A DNA stretch of 52,207 nucleotides from Aquificaceae bacterium (GTDB lineage: Bacteria > Aquificota > Aquificia > Aquificales > Aquificaceae), in the NCBI GenBank assembly GCA_015490115.1, contig WFYM01000015.1, positions 1 to 52,207 of the forward strand, read 5' to 3'. Positions 37,446-46,258 of the stretch are shown here, piece after piece. How positions within the stretch are numbered: the first letter of the stretch is position 1; every line of letters begins with the position of its first letter. The notes below the pieces were generated by a model, which saw only the letters and a program-made list of their open reading frames with translations, made no database searches and was not told the DNA's origin. Both the position numbers and the translations under genes were made by a program.

Positions 37446-38315
37446 TTACCTCAAATCCCCCACCGTAAACCTGTGGACCCTCTCCAGAAACTCGGAGAGC
37501 CTCCTCCTGTGGTATTCCTCTTGGTGCTTTATCTTCTCGAGGAGCTTCCTCACGTCTTCCCTCTTGGACACCTCTCCTTCCTTGATATACCTTTCCCTCG
37601 AGGCTACCTCCTTTAGGATGTCTTCCTTTACTTGGTCCGGAAGGGAGAGACCCTCCTCTTTTGGAAGGTCAACTTTCGAAAGGTCAGGGACACCTCCCAG
37701 CTCCCCTATCTTCTCACCGAGGTCCCCCATGTGGACCATGCTCTCTATGGCAAGGTCGAGCATGAGGTCTTTGTATTCGCAGTTTTTGGAGTGGAAGAAG
37801 GCTTTTAGGTATCTCAGGATTATCGCATACTCCTCCCTCAGGAGTTCGTTGAGAACCTTTACGGTCTCCTCATCAGTTTCGGTGTTTTCCTTAGCCTTCT
37901 CCTCGGTGACCTCTTCGAGGAGACCTTTGAACTCCTCTTTGTGGCTCATCTCGTCTTTTATCACCCTCTCGAGGAGCCTCTTGACCGAATCTTCCTTTAC
38001 GAGTTCTATCTGCTTCGAGTAGGTTTCTATGGCGAGGTCTTCAGCAGAAATGTCAGCCTCTATCATGGACTTTAATGACTCCCTCGAGAAGTCTATGGCA
38101 TCCTCCGCTCTTTTTAGATCCACCTCACCACCCAGCTGGACCACTTTTTGGGCGAACCACTTCATGTGCCTCATCTCCTCGCGGGCTATCTTCTCTATCT
38201 CGCTCCTTACCTTTTCGTCTTTTATTAAGAATGCTTGGTAGATGTATTGAATGATCGCTGAGTGTTCTAAAGCGACGTTGTGAAGGAGAAGTCCGATCAG
38301 CTCAGACCTTTTCAT
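37446..38315 (-). CDS. Tandem (two-domain) ferritin/bacterioferritin-like protein with putative encapsulin cargo-loading peptide
   Basis: Two four-helix bundles: EHSAIIQY/EEMRH/AEDLAIETY/DEMSH and EEYAIILRY/ESMVH/EVASRERY/QEEYH. C-terminus RFTVGDLR*. ATG 38315 with GGAGG RBS. Confidence 0.85.
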   Translation of the reverse strand: MKRSELIGLLLHNVALEHSAIIQYIYQAFLIKDEKVRSEIEKIAREEMRHMKWFAQKVVQLGGEVDLKRAEDAIDFSRESLKSMIEADISAEDLAIETYSKQIELVKEDSVKRLLERVIKDEMSHKEEFKGLLEEVTEEKAKENTETDEETVKVLNELLREEYAIILRYLKAFFHSKNCEYKDLMLDLAIESMVHMGDLGEKIGELGGVPDLSKVDLPKEEGLSLPDQVKEDILKEVASRERYIKEGEVSKREDVRKLLEKIKHQEEYHRRRLSEFLERVHRFTVGDLR

Positions 38316-38326
38316 GATAGCCTCCT

Positions 38327-39430
38327 TCAAACCTTAAACCTGAAGTAGATTATATCCCCGTCCCTCACCTCGTAGTCCCTACCTTCGAGCCTAACGAGAC
38401 CTTTCTCCTTTGCCTCGGTAAGGGAACTCACCTTGACGTAGTCCTCGAAGTTTATAACCTCCGCAGCTATGAAGCCCTTCTCCATGTCCGAGTGGACCTT
38501 ACCAGCTGCTCGGGGAGCTTTCGTTCCCTTTTTCACGGTCCACGCCCTCGTTTCCTTCTCGTTCGTCGTGAAGAAGGTGATAAGGTCGAGGAGTCTGTAT
38601 CCTTCTTTGACCACCCTGTTGAGACCGGGTTCTTCGAGACCGTAAGCTCTCAAGAAATCCGTTCCCTCATCGCCAAGCTCGGATATCTGAGCTTCGAGTT
38701 CAGCGGAGATGACCACTACGGGACTTTTCTCTTTACTTGCGTATTTCTTTACCTCTTCAGCACAGGGTCCCCCGTCCGGGAGGTCCTTTTCGGAGACGTT
38801 AACAACGTAAAGAATTGGCTTTACCGTGAGCAGGAACAGTGTGTTTTTCGCGTATTCTACGGTCTCCTCTGAAAGACTCTCTTTGTGTCTTCTCAAGGGT
38901 TCGAGGTTTTCGAGGATAGCTTTTATGGTCTCTAAGTGTCTCAGCTCCTCCTTTGCACCCTTTTCTCCTATCTTCGCCACCTTTTCGACCTTCCGGATCC
39001 TCGAGTTTACCGTTTCCAAGTCCTTCATTATGAGTTCTACGTCCACTATTTGGGCGTCCCTTACTGGGTCCACCGTTCCCTCCACGTGGGTGACGTCTTC
39101 CCTTTCGAAGCACCTAAGGACCATGGCTATCGCGTCCGTCTCCCTTATGTGGGCTAAGAACTGGTTTCCGAGACCCTCTCCCTTGCTCGCACCTTTTACA
39201 AGACCAGCTATGTCTACGAACTCTATGAAGGTGGGCGTAGCTTTGGAAGATCTTTCCCTTTGGGCTATGATCCTCAACCTCTCGTCGGGGACGGGGACCT
39301 TTCCCACGTTGGGGTCAACCGTTGTGAAGGGGTAGTTGCCCACCTGTGCCTTAGAAGACTTTATTAGGGCGTTAAAGAGGGTGGACTTTCCTACGTTCGG
39401 GAGACCAACTATACCTAACCTAAACCCCAT
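38327..39430 (-). CDS. ychF: Redox-regulated ATPase YchF
   Basis: GIVGLPNVGKSTLFN, NYPFTT, DIAGLVKGAS.GEGLGNQFL, ETRAWT and TGS domain. Confidence 0.97.
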   Translation of the reverse strand: MGFRLGIVGLPNVGKSTLFNALIKSSKAQVGNYPFTTVDPNVGKVPVPDERLRIIAQRERSSKATPTFIEFVDIAGLVKGASKGEGLGNQFLAHIRETDAIAMVLRCFEREDVTHVEGTVDPVRDAQIVDVELIMKDLETVNSRIRKVEKVAKIGEKGAKEELRHLETIKAILENLEPLRRHKESLSEETVEYAKNTLFLLTVKPILYVVNVSEKDLPDGGPCAEEVKKYASKEKSPVVVISAELEAQISELGDEGTDFLRAYGLEEPGLNRVVKEGYRLLDLITFFTTNEKETRAWTVKKGTKAPRAAGKVHSDMEKGFIAAEVINFEDYVKVSSLTEAKEKGLVRLEGRDYEVRDGDIIYFRFKV

Positions 39431-39825
39431 CTCATCTTCTCCCTTATTTCGGAAAGCGTCTTTAGCATCTCGTCGACGTGGAACTTACCCCTGTTCGTCT
39501 TCACCATAAGGTCCCAGTCCCAGTAATTTTTCTTCGCCTCCAAAAAGGATATCTTCTCGAGCCTCTCGTTTATGAACAGGGCAAGGAAGGTGGAAAGAGC
39601 CGGACCTCCCGTCTTTGGACCCTCCCAGAGGAGAAAGCCCGCCATGAGAACCTCAGCCCCTTTTCTCTCGCCGAGACCGATAACTCCGAGGACATCGCTC
39701 ACCTGCGTCGGGTAGAGTCTCTTAAGACCCTCTTTTAGAGGTTCTATTAAACCCTCCACCTCCTCACGGGAGAGGGGTCTCGTCTCTTCATCACTGCTTC
39801 CGGGAAACTTTACCACCTTCCCCAT
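39415..39825 (-). CDS. Hypothetical protein
   Basis: ORF coupled to the cupin gene (TGATG) and overlapping the ychF start; typical composition. Confidence 0.7.
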   Translation of the reverse strand: MGKVVKFPGSSDEETRPLSREEVEGLIEPLKEGLKRLYPTQVSDVLGVIGLGERKGAEVLMAGFLLWEGPKTGGPALSTFLALFINERLEKISFLEAKKNYWDWDLMVKTNRGKFHVDEMLKTLSEIREKMRWGLG

Positions 39826-40115
39826 CACTTGGAACCGCAGACGTATCTCACACCCTTTTCCGTCTTCGCCCAGTGGGGTGTCTCCGGGTCGAGTTCCACC
39901 ATGTCTCCCTCTTTGAGGTGTAGTTCTTTACCTTCTACGCCTATCGTGACCTCTCCTTCTACCACCCACCTAACTTCCCTGTCCGGATGTGTGTGGGTCG
40001 GGTAGTAGGTCCCGGGAGGGTCGAACCAGGTGTATACGGAAAAACCTTTGCTCCTTAGGATTTCTTTCACCTTCTCCTCGTCCTTTATACCCGTTGACTC
40101 GAACCTCACCCCCAT
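39825..40115 (-). CDS. Cupin domain protein
   Basis: YPTHTH..REVRWVVEGEV and L.EGD...LDPETPHWA cupin motifs. Start ATG 40115. Confidence 0.88.
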   Translation of the reverse strand: MGVRFESTGIKDEEKVKEILRSKGFSVYTWFDPPGTYYPTHTHPDREVRWVVEGEVTIGVEGKELHLKEGDMVELDPETPHWAKTEKGVRYVCGSK

Positions 40116-40133
40116 GTTGTAGATTATAAGACC
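40116..40133. promoter_or_regulatory. 18-bp bidirectional -10 promoter
   Basis: TAGATT at 40120-40125 (+) lies 8 nt before the epmA ATG. TATAAT at 40123-40128 (-) lies 7 nt before the cupin ATG. No SD. Confidence 0.6.
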
Positions 40134-41006
40134 ATGCTGGATCTCTGGGACAGCTTCTTGAATAGTGTGAGGGATTTTTTCAGGTCGAGGGGCTATATAG
40201 AGGTCACGACTCCCCTCCTTCTTAACTTCCCGAATCTGGACCCCAACGTGGAACCCGTTAAGGTAAAGGTGAGGATCGGAGGGAAGGAAAGGACCATGTG
40301 GCTCCAGACGTCTCCCGAATACTCCATGAAGAAGATCCTCGCAAAATACAAAAAACATATCTTCCAAATAGCCAAGTGCTTCAGGAACAACGAGTGGGGA
40401 AAGGTCCACAGGGTAGAGTTCCATATGTTGGAGTGGTATAGGGTAGGTGCGGACTACGTATACCTGATGGACGAGATAGAGGAACTCTTAAAGAGGCTCG
40501 GCTTCGGAGAGTGCAAAAGGCTGACCGTGGAAGAAGCTTTCGAGAGGTATCTCAGCTTACCAATCTCTAAAGACCCTTGGGAGTTCAGGACTAACATGGA
40601 AGCCTGCGGTTACGAGGTAGGGGAGGACGACGATTGGGAGACCATGTTCCAAAGGGCGTATATAGAGCTGGCTGAGAGGTTAAAGGGGGAGCCACCCACC
40701 TTCGTCTTCGAATTTCCAGAGGAGCTTTCCGCTCTCGCAAAAGTAAAAGGTGGTAAAGCGGAGAGGTTCGAGCTTTTCATAAAGGGTGTTGAGATAGCGA
40801 ACGGATGGACGGAGGAGACGGACCCGAAGGAGGTGAGGAGGAGGCTCGAAAGGGAAGCCAAGAAGAGAAACCTTCCTTTGGATGAGGAGTTCATAAAGGC
40901 TCACGAAGATATGCCGGAATGTGCGGGGTGTTCGATAGGTCTCGACAGGCTCTTTATGGTATGGCTGGGGAAGGAGAGCTTGGAGGATGTATCATTTAAC
41001 CTATGA
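40134..41006 (+). CDS. epmA: EF-P lysine aminoacylase (GenX/PoxA)
   Basis: Class II LysRS catalytic domain without anticodon domain: LQTSPEYSMKK, FRNNE...H..EF.MLEWYR, ERFELF..GVEIANG and GLDRL. Confidence 0.92.
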   Translation: MLDLWDSFLNSVRDFFRSRGYIEVTTPLLLNFPNLDPNVEPVKVKVRIGGKERTMWLQTSPEYSMKKILAKYKKHIFQIAKCFRNNEWGKVHRVEFHMLEWYRVGADYVYLMDEIEELLKRLGFGECKRLTVEEAFERYLSLPISKDPWEFRTNMEACGYEVGEDDDWETMFQRAYIELAERLKGEPPTFVFEFPEELSALAKVKGGKAERFELFIKGVEIANGWTEETDPKEVRRRLEREAKKRNLPLDEEFIKAHEDMPECAGCSIGLDRLFMVWLGKESLEDVSFNL

Positions 41007-41338
41007 ACTCCTTTGAGGTCTTCTTAGAGGTGGTCCTCAGGTTCTCGGACCTCAAGTGGTCCCGGTTCAGGGACGACCTCATAGTAAAGTGCATGAAAGC
41101 TCTCAGGAAGTTCAGGGAAGGGAAGAGCCTTGAGGAGGTGATGTCCGACAAGAGGGTCTCTTCCGAGATAGAGGGTATCCTTGAGCTTCTCTTTGAGTTT
41201 GCGAGGGAAAACCCTCCCGAGGAGGTGAGCAGGGTGGTCGACGCCCTCGGGATCTTCACAAAGGCTCCCGCCCCCTGCAAGATGAAGATAATAAATATCC
41301 TCGAGACCATGACGGGAAGAAGGGAGGTGAAAGGTTGA
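41003..41338 (+). CDS. Hypothetical protein (helical, 111 aa)
   Basis: 4-bp overlaps with both epmA and metF. Confidence 0.75.
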   Translation: MNSFEVFLEVVLRFSDLKWSRFRDDLIVKCMKALRKFREGKSLEEVMSDKRVSSEIEGILELLFEFARENPPEEVSRVVDALGIFTKAPAPCKMKIINILETMTGRREVKG

Positions 41339-42231
41339 AGATAGGGGAGATACTAAAAAGAGGGGTCTTCTCCGTTTCCTTCGAGTTCTTCCCACCGAAG
41401 ACCGAAGAAGGTGAGAGACAGCTCTTCGAGACTATAAAGGATTTAAAACCCTTGAAGCCCACCTTCGTCTCCGTCACCTACGGAGCGGGAGGTTCTACAA
41501 GGGACAGGACGAGGAATGTTGTGAAGAGGATACACGAAGAGGTGGGTCTGAACGTGATGGCTCACCTCACCTGCATAGCCCACACAAAGAAGGAGCTTCT
41601 TGATATCCTCTCAGACTACGACAGGATAGGGATAGACAACATACTGGCTCTGAGGGGTGACGTCCCGAGGGACAGACCTGACTTCAGACCGCCGGAGGGT
41701 GCCTGCAGGTACGCGGTCGAACTCGTGAGGTTAATAAGGGAGAAGTTCGGAGAGAGGTTCTCCGTGGGTGTCGCCAGCTACCCTGAGGGTCACCCGGAGT
41801 CCCCGAACATGGAGTGGGAGGTGAGGTTCTTCAAAGAGAAAGTTTCAGCTGGTGCTGACTTTTCAATAACCCAGATGTTTTTTGAAAACAGCTACTACTA
41901 TGAGTTCTTGGAACTTTGCGAAAAAGCCGGTGTGGAGATACCCATAATACCCGGGATAATGCCGATAACCAACTTCAAGCAGATAAGGAAGTTCGCCAGC
42001 CTGTGCGGTGCTACTATACCCCAGAGCTTAATAGACAGAATGGAAAGGGTAGAAGACAGACCGGAAGAGGTCGAGAAGATAGGGGTCGAGTTCGCAGTTA
42101 AGCAGTGTGAGGATCTTATCTCGAACGGCGTCCCCGGTCTCCACTTTTACACTTTAAACAAGTCGAGGGCAACGCTCAAGATCTACTCCGCCATAAAGGG
42201 TATGATACCTGTCAGGGACCTATCTGTCTGA
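41335..42231 (+). CDS. metF: 5,10-methylenetetrahydrofolate reductase
   Basis: [41 protein letters not shown] and HFYTLN. Confidence 0.97.
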   Translation: MKIGEILKRGVFSVSFEFFPPKTEEGERQLFETIKDLKPLKPTFVSVTYGAGGSTRDRTRNVVKRIHEEVGLNVMAHLTCIAHTKKELLDILSDYDRIGIDNILALRGDVPRDRPDFRPPEGACRYAVELVRLIREKFGERFSVGVASYPEGHPESPNMEWEVRFFKEKVSAGADFSITQMFFENSYYYEFLELCEKAGVEIPIIPGIMPITNFKQIRKFASLCGATIPQSLIDRMERVEDRPEEVEKIGVEFAVKQCEDLISNGVPGLHFYTLNKSRATLKIYSAIKGMIPVRDLSV

Positions 42232-43630
42232 GGAAGGCGGGGATCTCCTCGGATTTTAGCCAGCCAGCCTCCTCCAGCTTCTCATCTACGAACTCTTTGC
42301 TCCTTCCCGTCTTTTTAGCGAGATACTGAACGAACTCGGACCTCTTCCCTTTGAAACTCTCCACCTCCTCTTCCGTAACCTCGGGGAAGCGGGAGACCAC
42401 CCTCCTCTTTACCTCGTTCCAAGCCCTTGAGTTTTCGTAGAGGAGGAACCTCTTGTCCCTCACACCGTCCCTTACCACGAGTTCCTTGAGGGTAGCTACC
42501 GTGTCGGGGTCCGAGATCAGTATAGCTTCAGCCATAACGGGATCGAGGGTGTAGTAGATACCGAAGAGCTTACCTAAGAGCTTCCTCTTCGTCCTTATGA
42601 AAAGTCCTATCCTGTCCCTCACCTCGGTCAGCTTGTCTTGGAGAAGTTCCCAATAGTTGAGCATCTCAAGTTCTCTCCCGCCGATCGTCCTTATGTGGGC
42701 TGCGAGTTCAGACAAGCTAAAGTGCTTCTTTTTTTTCTTCGGTTTTTCCTCATTCTTCTTCGTTTCACCGTAGTCCGCGTGGGCGTCCGTATGTATTGGG
42801 GGTATTATGTGGTAGCTCTCCGACTCCCAGCCCGCCTTCCTGAGTATCTGCTCCGCACCGCTCTCGTCGAGTCCGTATCTTTCCATGAGTAGCCTCTTTA
42901 GACCCTCCCTGTCCTTTCTGTATCTGTCTATCTCTTCTTCAGGCAGGTCCACCTCAACGTAGACGAGCTTCTCCTTCCCGTTATCACCTTTTACTATGAG
43001 GTTCTTTCTCCCGTTTATGTTTCTCTTTATGAACTCCCAGTCATCATCTGTCATGACGGGTTCTGGATGCCACCTCGGGTCCATCTCCTCCTCAAGTTCG
43101 AGATAAGGGACGCTCTCGTACCAAGTAGCCCTTACCAGCTTTTCCTCGATGAGGTCCTCGGACTCTCCCAGTTTTTCCTTCACGTACTCGATAAACTCCC
43201 TCCTCTTGAACCTGAACCTGTCTATTTCTTCGAAGGTAAGCTCCGGAAAGAGTATCTTCAGCTTGGACCTTATGTAGTCCCAGTTCCCGAAGAGGTTTTG
43301 GGGTTCGAGGACATCCTCGTAGTAAGGGTGCTTCTTTACGAAATCGAAGTAGTAGGAGATGAACTTCCTGACCCTTGGGTCGGTGTTTATAAGCGTGTTT
43401 ATGAAATCGAGGTCGTAGTGCTTTATCATGGAGAGGAGCCTCGCTATGTTCACCTTCTTTACGTTGTGAAGGTGGCACAGTTCCGTCGCGTATTCTTTTG
43501 GTATCCGGTCGTTTATCCTGCAGTATTCGTTGAGGAGGTCCATCTCCCTCTTGAGCAGTTCCCTCAGGATAGCTACCTTCTCCTTACGCGAAAGACCCTC
43601 CTTCAGGACCAAGGTGTCTAAGAGACCCAT
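42212..43630 (-). CDS. Hypothetical modular protein: two degenerate encapsulated-ferritin-like hairpins plus three CsbD/YjbJ-like repeats
   Basis: Internal repeats of type W..IK....(P)EL.EEEID.F...R..F...L.E..G......E..L..AGW. ATG 43630 with GGAGGTG RBS. Confidence 0.75.
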   Translation of the reverse strand: MGLLDTLVLKEGLSRKEKVAILRELLKREMDLLNEYCRINDRIPKEYATELCHLHNVKKVNIARLLSMIKHYDLDFINTLINTDPRVRKFISYYFDFVKKHPYYEDVLEPQNLFGNWDYIRSKLKILFPELTFEEIDRFRFKRREFIEYVKEKLGESEDLIEEKLVRATWYESVPYLELEEEMDPRWHPEPVMTDDDWEFIKRNINGRKNLIVKGDNGKEKLVYVEVDLPEEEIDRYRKDREGLKRLLMERYGLDESGAEQILRKAGWESESYHIIPPIHTDAHADYGETKKNEEKPKKKKKHFSLSELAAHIRTIGGRELEMLNYWELLQDKLTEVRDRIGLFIRTKRKLLGKLFGIYYTLDPVMAEAILISDPDTVATLKELVVRDGVRDKRFLLYENSRAWNEVKRRVVSRFPEVTEEEVESFKGKRSEFVQYLAKKTGRSKEFVDEKLEEAGWLKSEEIPAFLRQIGP

Positions 43631-43670
43631 CTTCTCCACCTCCCTCAAGCTTTAATATCGTCACTTTTTT

Positions 43671-44615
43671 CTAAGCTTTTTTGAGGATCCTCATAGACTC
43701 CTCGAAGACGATTTCAGGGTCTATTTCGAGACACCTGTAGTCTCCGAACTTGCAGTTTCCCTTACCGTGAAGGTCGCAGGGCTGACAGGGAAGACCCCTC
43801 ACCAGAACTACCCCCTCCTCGGGATACAAGGAAAACCCGAGGGTGGGGTGTGTCCCGCCGTATATCTGGACAGCTTTAGTTCCAACAGCCCTCGCACAGT
43901 GCAAAATGCCCGAGTCGTTTCCTATATAGAGTTTTGCGAGCTTGAGGATAGCAAGTAGGTCGGGAAGGGAGATCCTACCGCAGAGGTTTATACCGGGGAG
44001 ACCTTCCGCAAGACTTCTGTCCTCAGTGTCGCCCACCCAGACTACTTCGAAGCCTTGATCCTTCAGCATTTTCGCAACCTCACCGAAGTGAGGGTAGATC
44101 TTCTTCCTGTATCTCGCCCCCGGACCTATAGCGACGAAGTCCTTATCTGGAAGGAGGGAACCCACCTTCCTCAGCCTCTCTTTCGAGACTAAGATCTTCG
44201 GGAAAGGATCTCCCGAAAGACCGAGGGGCTTCAGGACCTCGAGGTAGCTTTCGGGAACGTAAAACCTCTTCCTGAAAACTTTAAAGTGGACGGAGAGTCT
44301 TCTCCTTAGAGCCTCCTTTTTGTAAGAGACCCACCTCCCGCCGGTGAGGAACCTGATCAGAAACGACCTCAGATTCTTGTGGAGGTCCAAATAAAGGTCA
44401 AAGCCCTTCAATCTTTTCAAGGTCTCCCTACTGAAGAGGTTCCCTTTGGTCACGGGTATGGTCTCGACCCTCGGGTCGTCTTCGAATAGGGTGTGGTAAG
44501 GTTCGAAGGTGAGGAGGTAGGGTCTGAATCCTCCTTCGACGAGTGGGTCCAAAAGCACGGAGGTGAGGACCACGTCTCCGAGGGAGGAGAGCCTGAGGAG
44601 TAGGACCTTTTCCAT
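43671..44615 (-). CDS. Glycosyltransferase family 9 (LPS heptosyltransferase-like)
   Basis: RLSSLGDVVLT, I.PGA...K, NLCGR.SL, GNDSG..H.A.AVG and CQPC. Confidence 0.92.
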   Translation of the reverse strand: MEKVLLLRLSSLGDVVLTSVLLDPLVEGGFRPYLLTFEPYHTLFEDDPRVETIPVTKGNLFSRETLKRLKGFDLYLDLHKNLRSFLIRFLTGGRWVSYKKEALRRRLSVHFKVFRKRFYVPESYLEVLKPLGLSGDPFPKILVSKERLRKVGSLLPDKDFVAIGPGARYRKKIYPHFGEVAKMLKDQGFEVVWVGDTEDRSLAEGLPGINLCGRISLPDLLAILKLAKLYIGNDSGILHCARAVGTKAVQIYGGTHPTLGFSLYPEEGVVLVRGLPCQPCDLHGKGNCKFGDYRCLEIDPEIVFEESMRILKKA

Positions 44616-44852
44616 TCAGCCACCGCTAACTGGAGGTATGAGGGCTACCCTCTCGTCACCGCGTAAGGTATAGTCCTCTTCAACATACTCCTCGTTCACA
44701 GCGAACCTTATCCTCTCGATTATATCAGCTATCTCCGGGTGCTTCTCTTTTAAGACCTCCCTGAGTTTTTTAACAGGTCCTTTGAAATCTATCTCCTCCT
44801 CGCTCTTTCCTATCTTCTCCCTCAAAACTGAAAAATACATCACCTTAAGCAT
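44616..44852 (-). CDS. moaD: Molybdopterin converting factor small subunit
   Basis: V.YFS.LRE.IG, FAVNEEY and C-terminal IPPVSGG*. Confidence 0.93.
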   Translation of the reverse strand: MLKVMYFSVLREKIGKSEEEIDFKGPVKKLREVLKEKHPEIADIIERIRFAVNEEYVEEDYTLRGDERVALIPPVSGG

Positions 44853-46249
44853 GCCAGCACCCTCTCTAACCTTCCCTTTATCTTCTCCTTCGGGAGGACC
44901 GACATGAGGACGTCTATGCCTATGCCTTCTTCCTCGCCCGTGAGGGCTATCCTGAGGGAGTGCCATACGGATCTCGGCTTCACACCGAGGGCTTTCTGGA
45001 TCTCCTTTACGAAGCTTTTCACATCCTCGGGGGTTGAGAGTTCAAACTCATCGAGCCTTTTCAAGACCTCTTCGAAGATCTCCTCCGCTCCGAGTTCTTT
45101 GAGGAGACTTAGCTTTTCTTTTTGAACCTCCACGTCCACGAAGAAGGGTCTTAGCCTCTCTACCATCTCCTTGAAGGTCTCGTAGGCGTCCTTCGTTCTT
45201 TCTAAGACCTTGATCACGTAGTCTTTGTCCTCAACGGGGTATCCCGCGGACTTCAAAAAGGGAAGGGCTGTCTCATAGAGCCTCTCCGTGGAGACGACCT
45301 CCCTTATGTATACCCCGTTCATCCACCTCAGCTTCTCTACGTTAAAGACAGCGGGGGACCTGTTCACGTCTTTGAGATCAAAGAGCTTCACTATCTCCTC
45401 TTTCGTTAAGATCTCCTCCCCGCTCGGTGGTGTCCACCCGAGGAGGCAGAGGTAGTTAAAAAGAGCTTCGGGCAAGAAGCCTTCTTCCCTGTAATTTCTC
45501 ACGGAGACCGCTCCGTGCCTCTTCGAGAGCTTCGACCTGTCCGGACCGAGTATTACCGGGAGGTGGGCGAACTTGGGTGGGTCGAAGCCGAGGGCTTCGT
45601 ATATGAGGAGCTGCTTTGGAGTGTTCGATATGTGGTCCTCTCCCCTTATGACGTGGGTGACCCCCATCAGGGCGTCGTCGATTACTACAACGAGGTTGTA
45701 AGTCGGTGTTCCGTCGCTCCTCACTATGACGAAGTCCCCGAAATCGTCCACGTTTATTGCTATCTTCCCCTTCACGAGGTCCTCGAAGACAACGGTCCTT
45801 CCGTCCGGGACCCTGAACCTGACCGTGTAGGGTCTCCCCTCCTCTTTTAGTTTTTTTACTTCCTCCTCGGTCAGGTTCCTGCACCTTCCGGAGTATCTGT
45901 AGGGGACCCTCCTCAGCTCCGCCTCCCTCCTCTCCCTCTCGAGTTCCTCCTCCGTGCAGAAGCAAAGGTAGGCGTGTCCCGTCTCGAGGAGCTTATCAAC
46001 ATACTTTTTGTATAACTCGAACCTCTCCGACTGGCGGTAGAACTCGTCCCAATCTATACCGAGCCACCCGAGGTCCTCCAAGATCGACTCCTCGAACTCC
46101 TTTCTTGACCTTTCCCTGTCCGTGTCCTCTATCCTGAGGATGAACTTTCCGCCGTGGTGCCTCGCGAAGAGGTAGCTGAATATGGCTGTCCTCGCGTTCC
46201 CGAGGTGGAGGTATCCTGTAGGACTCGGGGCGAACCTCGTCACAACCAT
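44840..46249 (-). CDS. gltX: Glutamate--tRNA ligase
   Basis: RFAPSPTGYLHLGN, LRIEDTD, HVIRGEDH, KLSKR and anticodon-binding domain. Confidence 0.97.
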   Translation of the reverse strand: MVVTRFAPSPTGYLHLGNARTAIFSYLFARHHGGKFILRIEDTDRERSRKEFEESILEDLGWLGIDWDEFYRQSERFELYKKYVDKLLETGHAYLCFCTEEELERERREAELRRVPYRYSGRCRNLTEEEVKKLKEEGRPYTVRFRVPDGRTVVFEDLVKGKIAINVDDFGDFVIVRSDGTPTYNLVVVIDDALMGVTHVIRGEDHISNTPKQLLIYEALGFDPPKFAHLPVILGPDRSKLSKRHGAVSVRNYREEGFLPEALFNYLCLLGWTPPSGEEILTKEEIVKLFDLKDVNRSPAVFNVEKLRWMNGVYIREVVSTERLYETALPFLKSAGYPVEDKDYVIKVLERTKDAYETFKEMVERLRPFFVDVEVQKEKLSLLKELGAEEIFEEVLKRLDEFELSTPEDVKSFVKEIQKALGVKPRSVWHSLRIALTGEEEGIGIDVLMSVLPKEKIKGRLERVLACLR

Positions 46250-46258
46250 GGCTTTATT

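Noticed and set aside
39825-40424. Extended N-termini given by the ORF track for the cupin, iclR, pspB, mltG, moaD, ABC genes and pntA
   Set aside because: The extensions run through neighbouring genes. Downstream ATGs match family N-termini and show stop/start coupling or promoter geometry.
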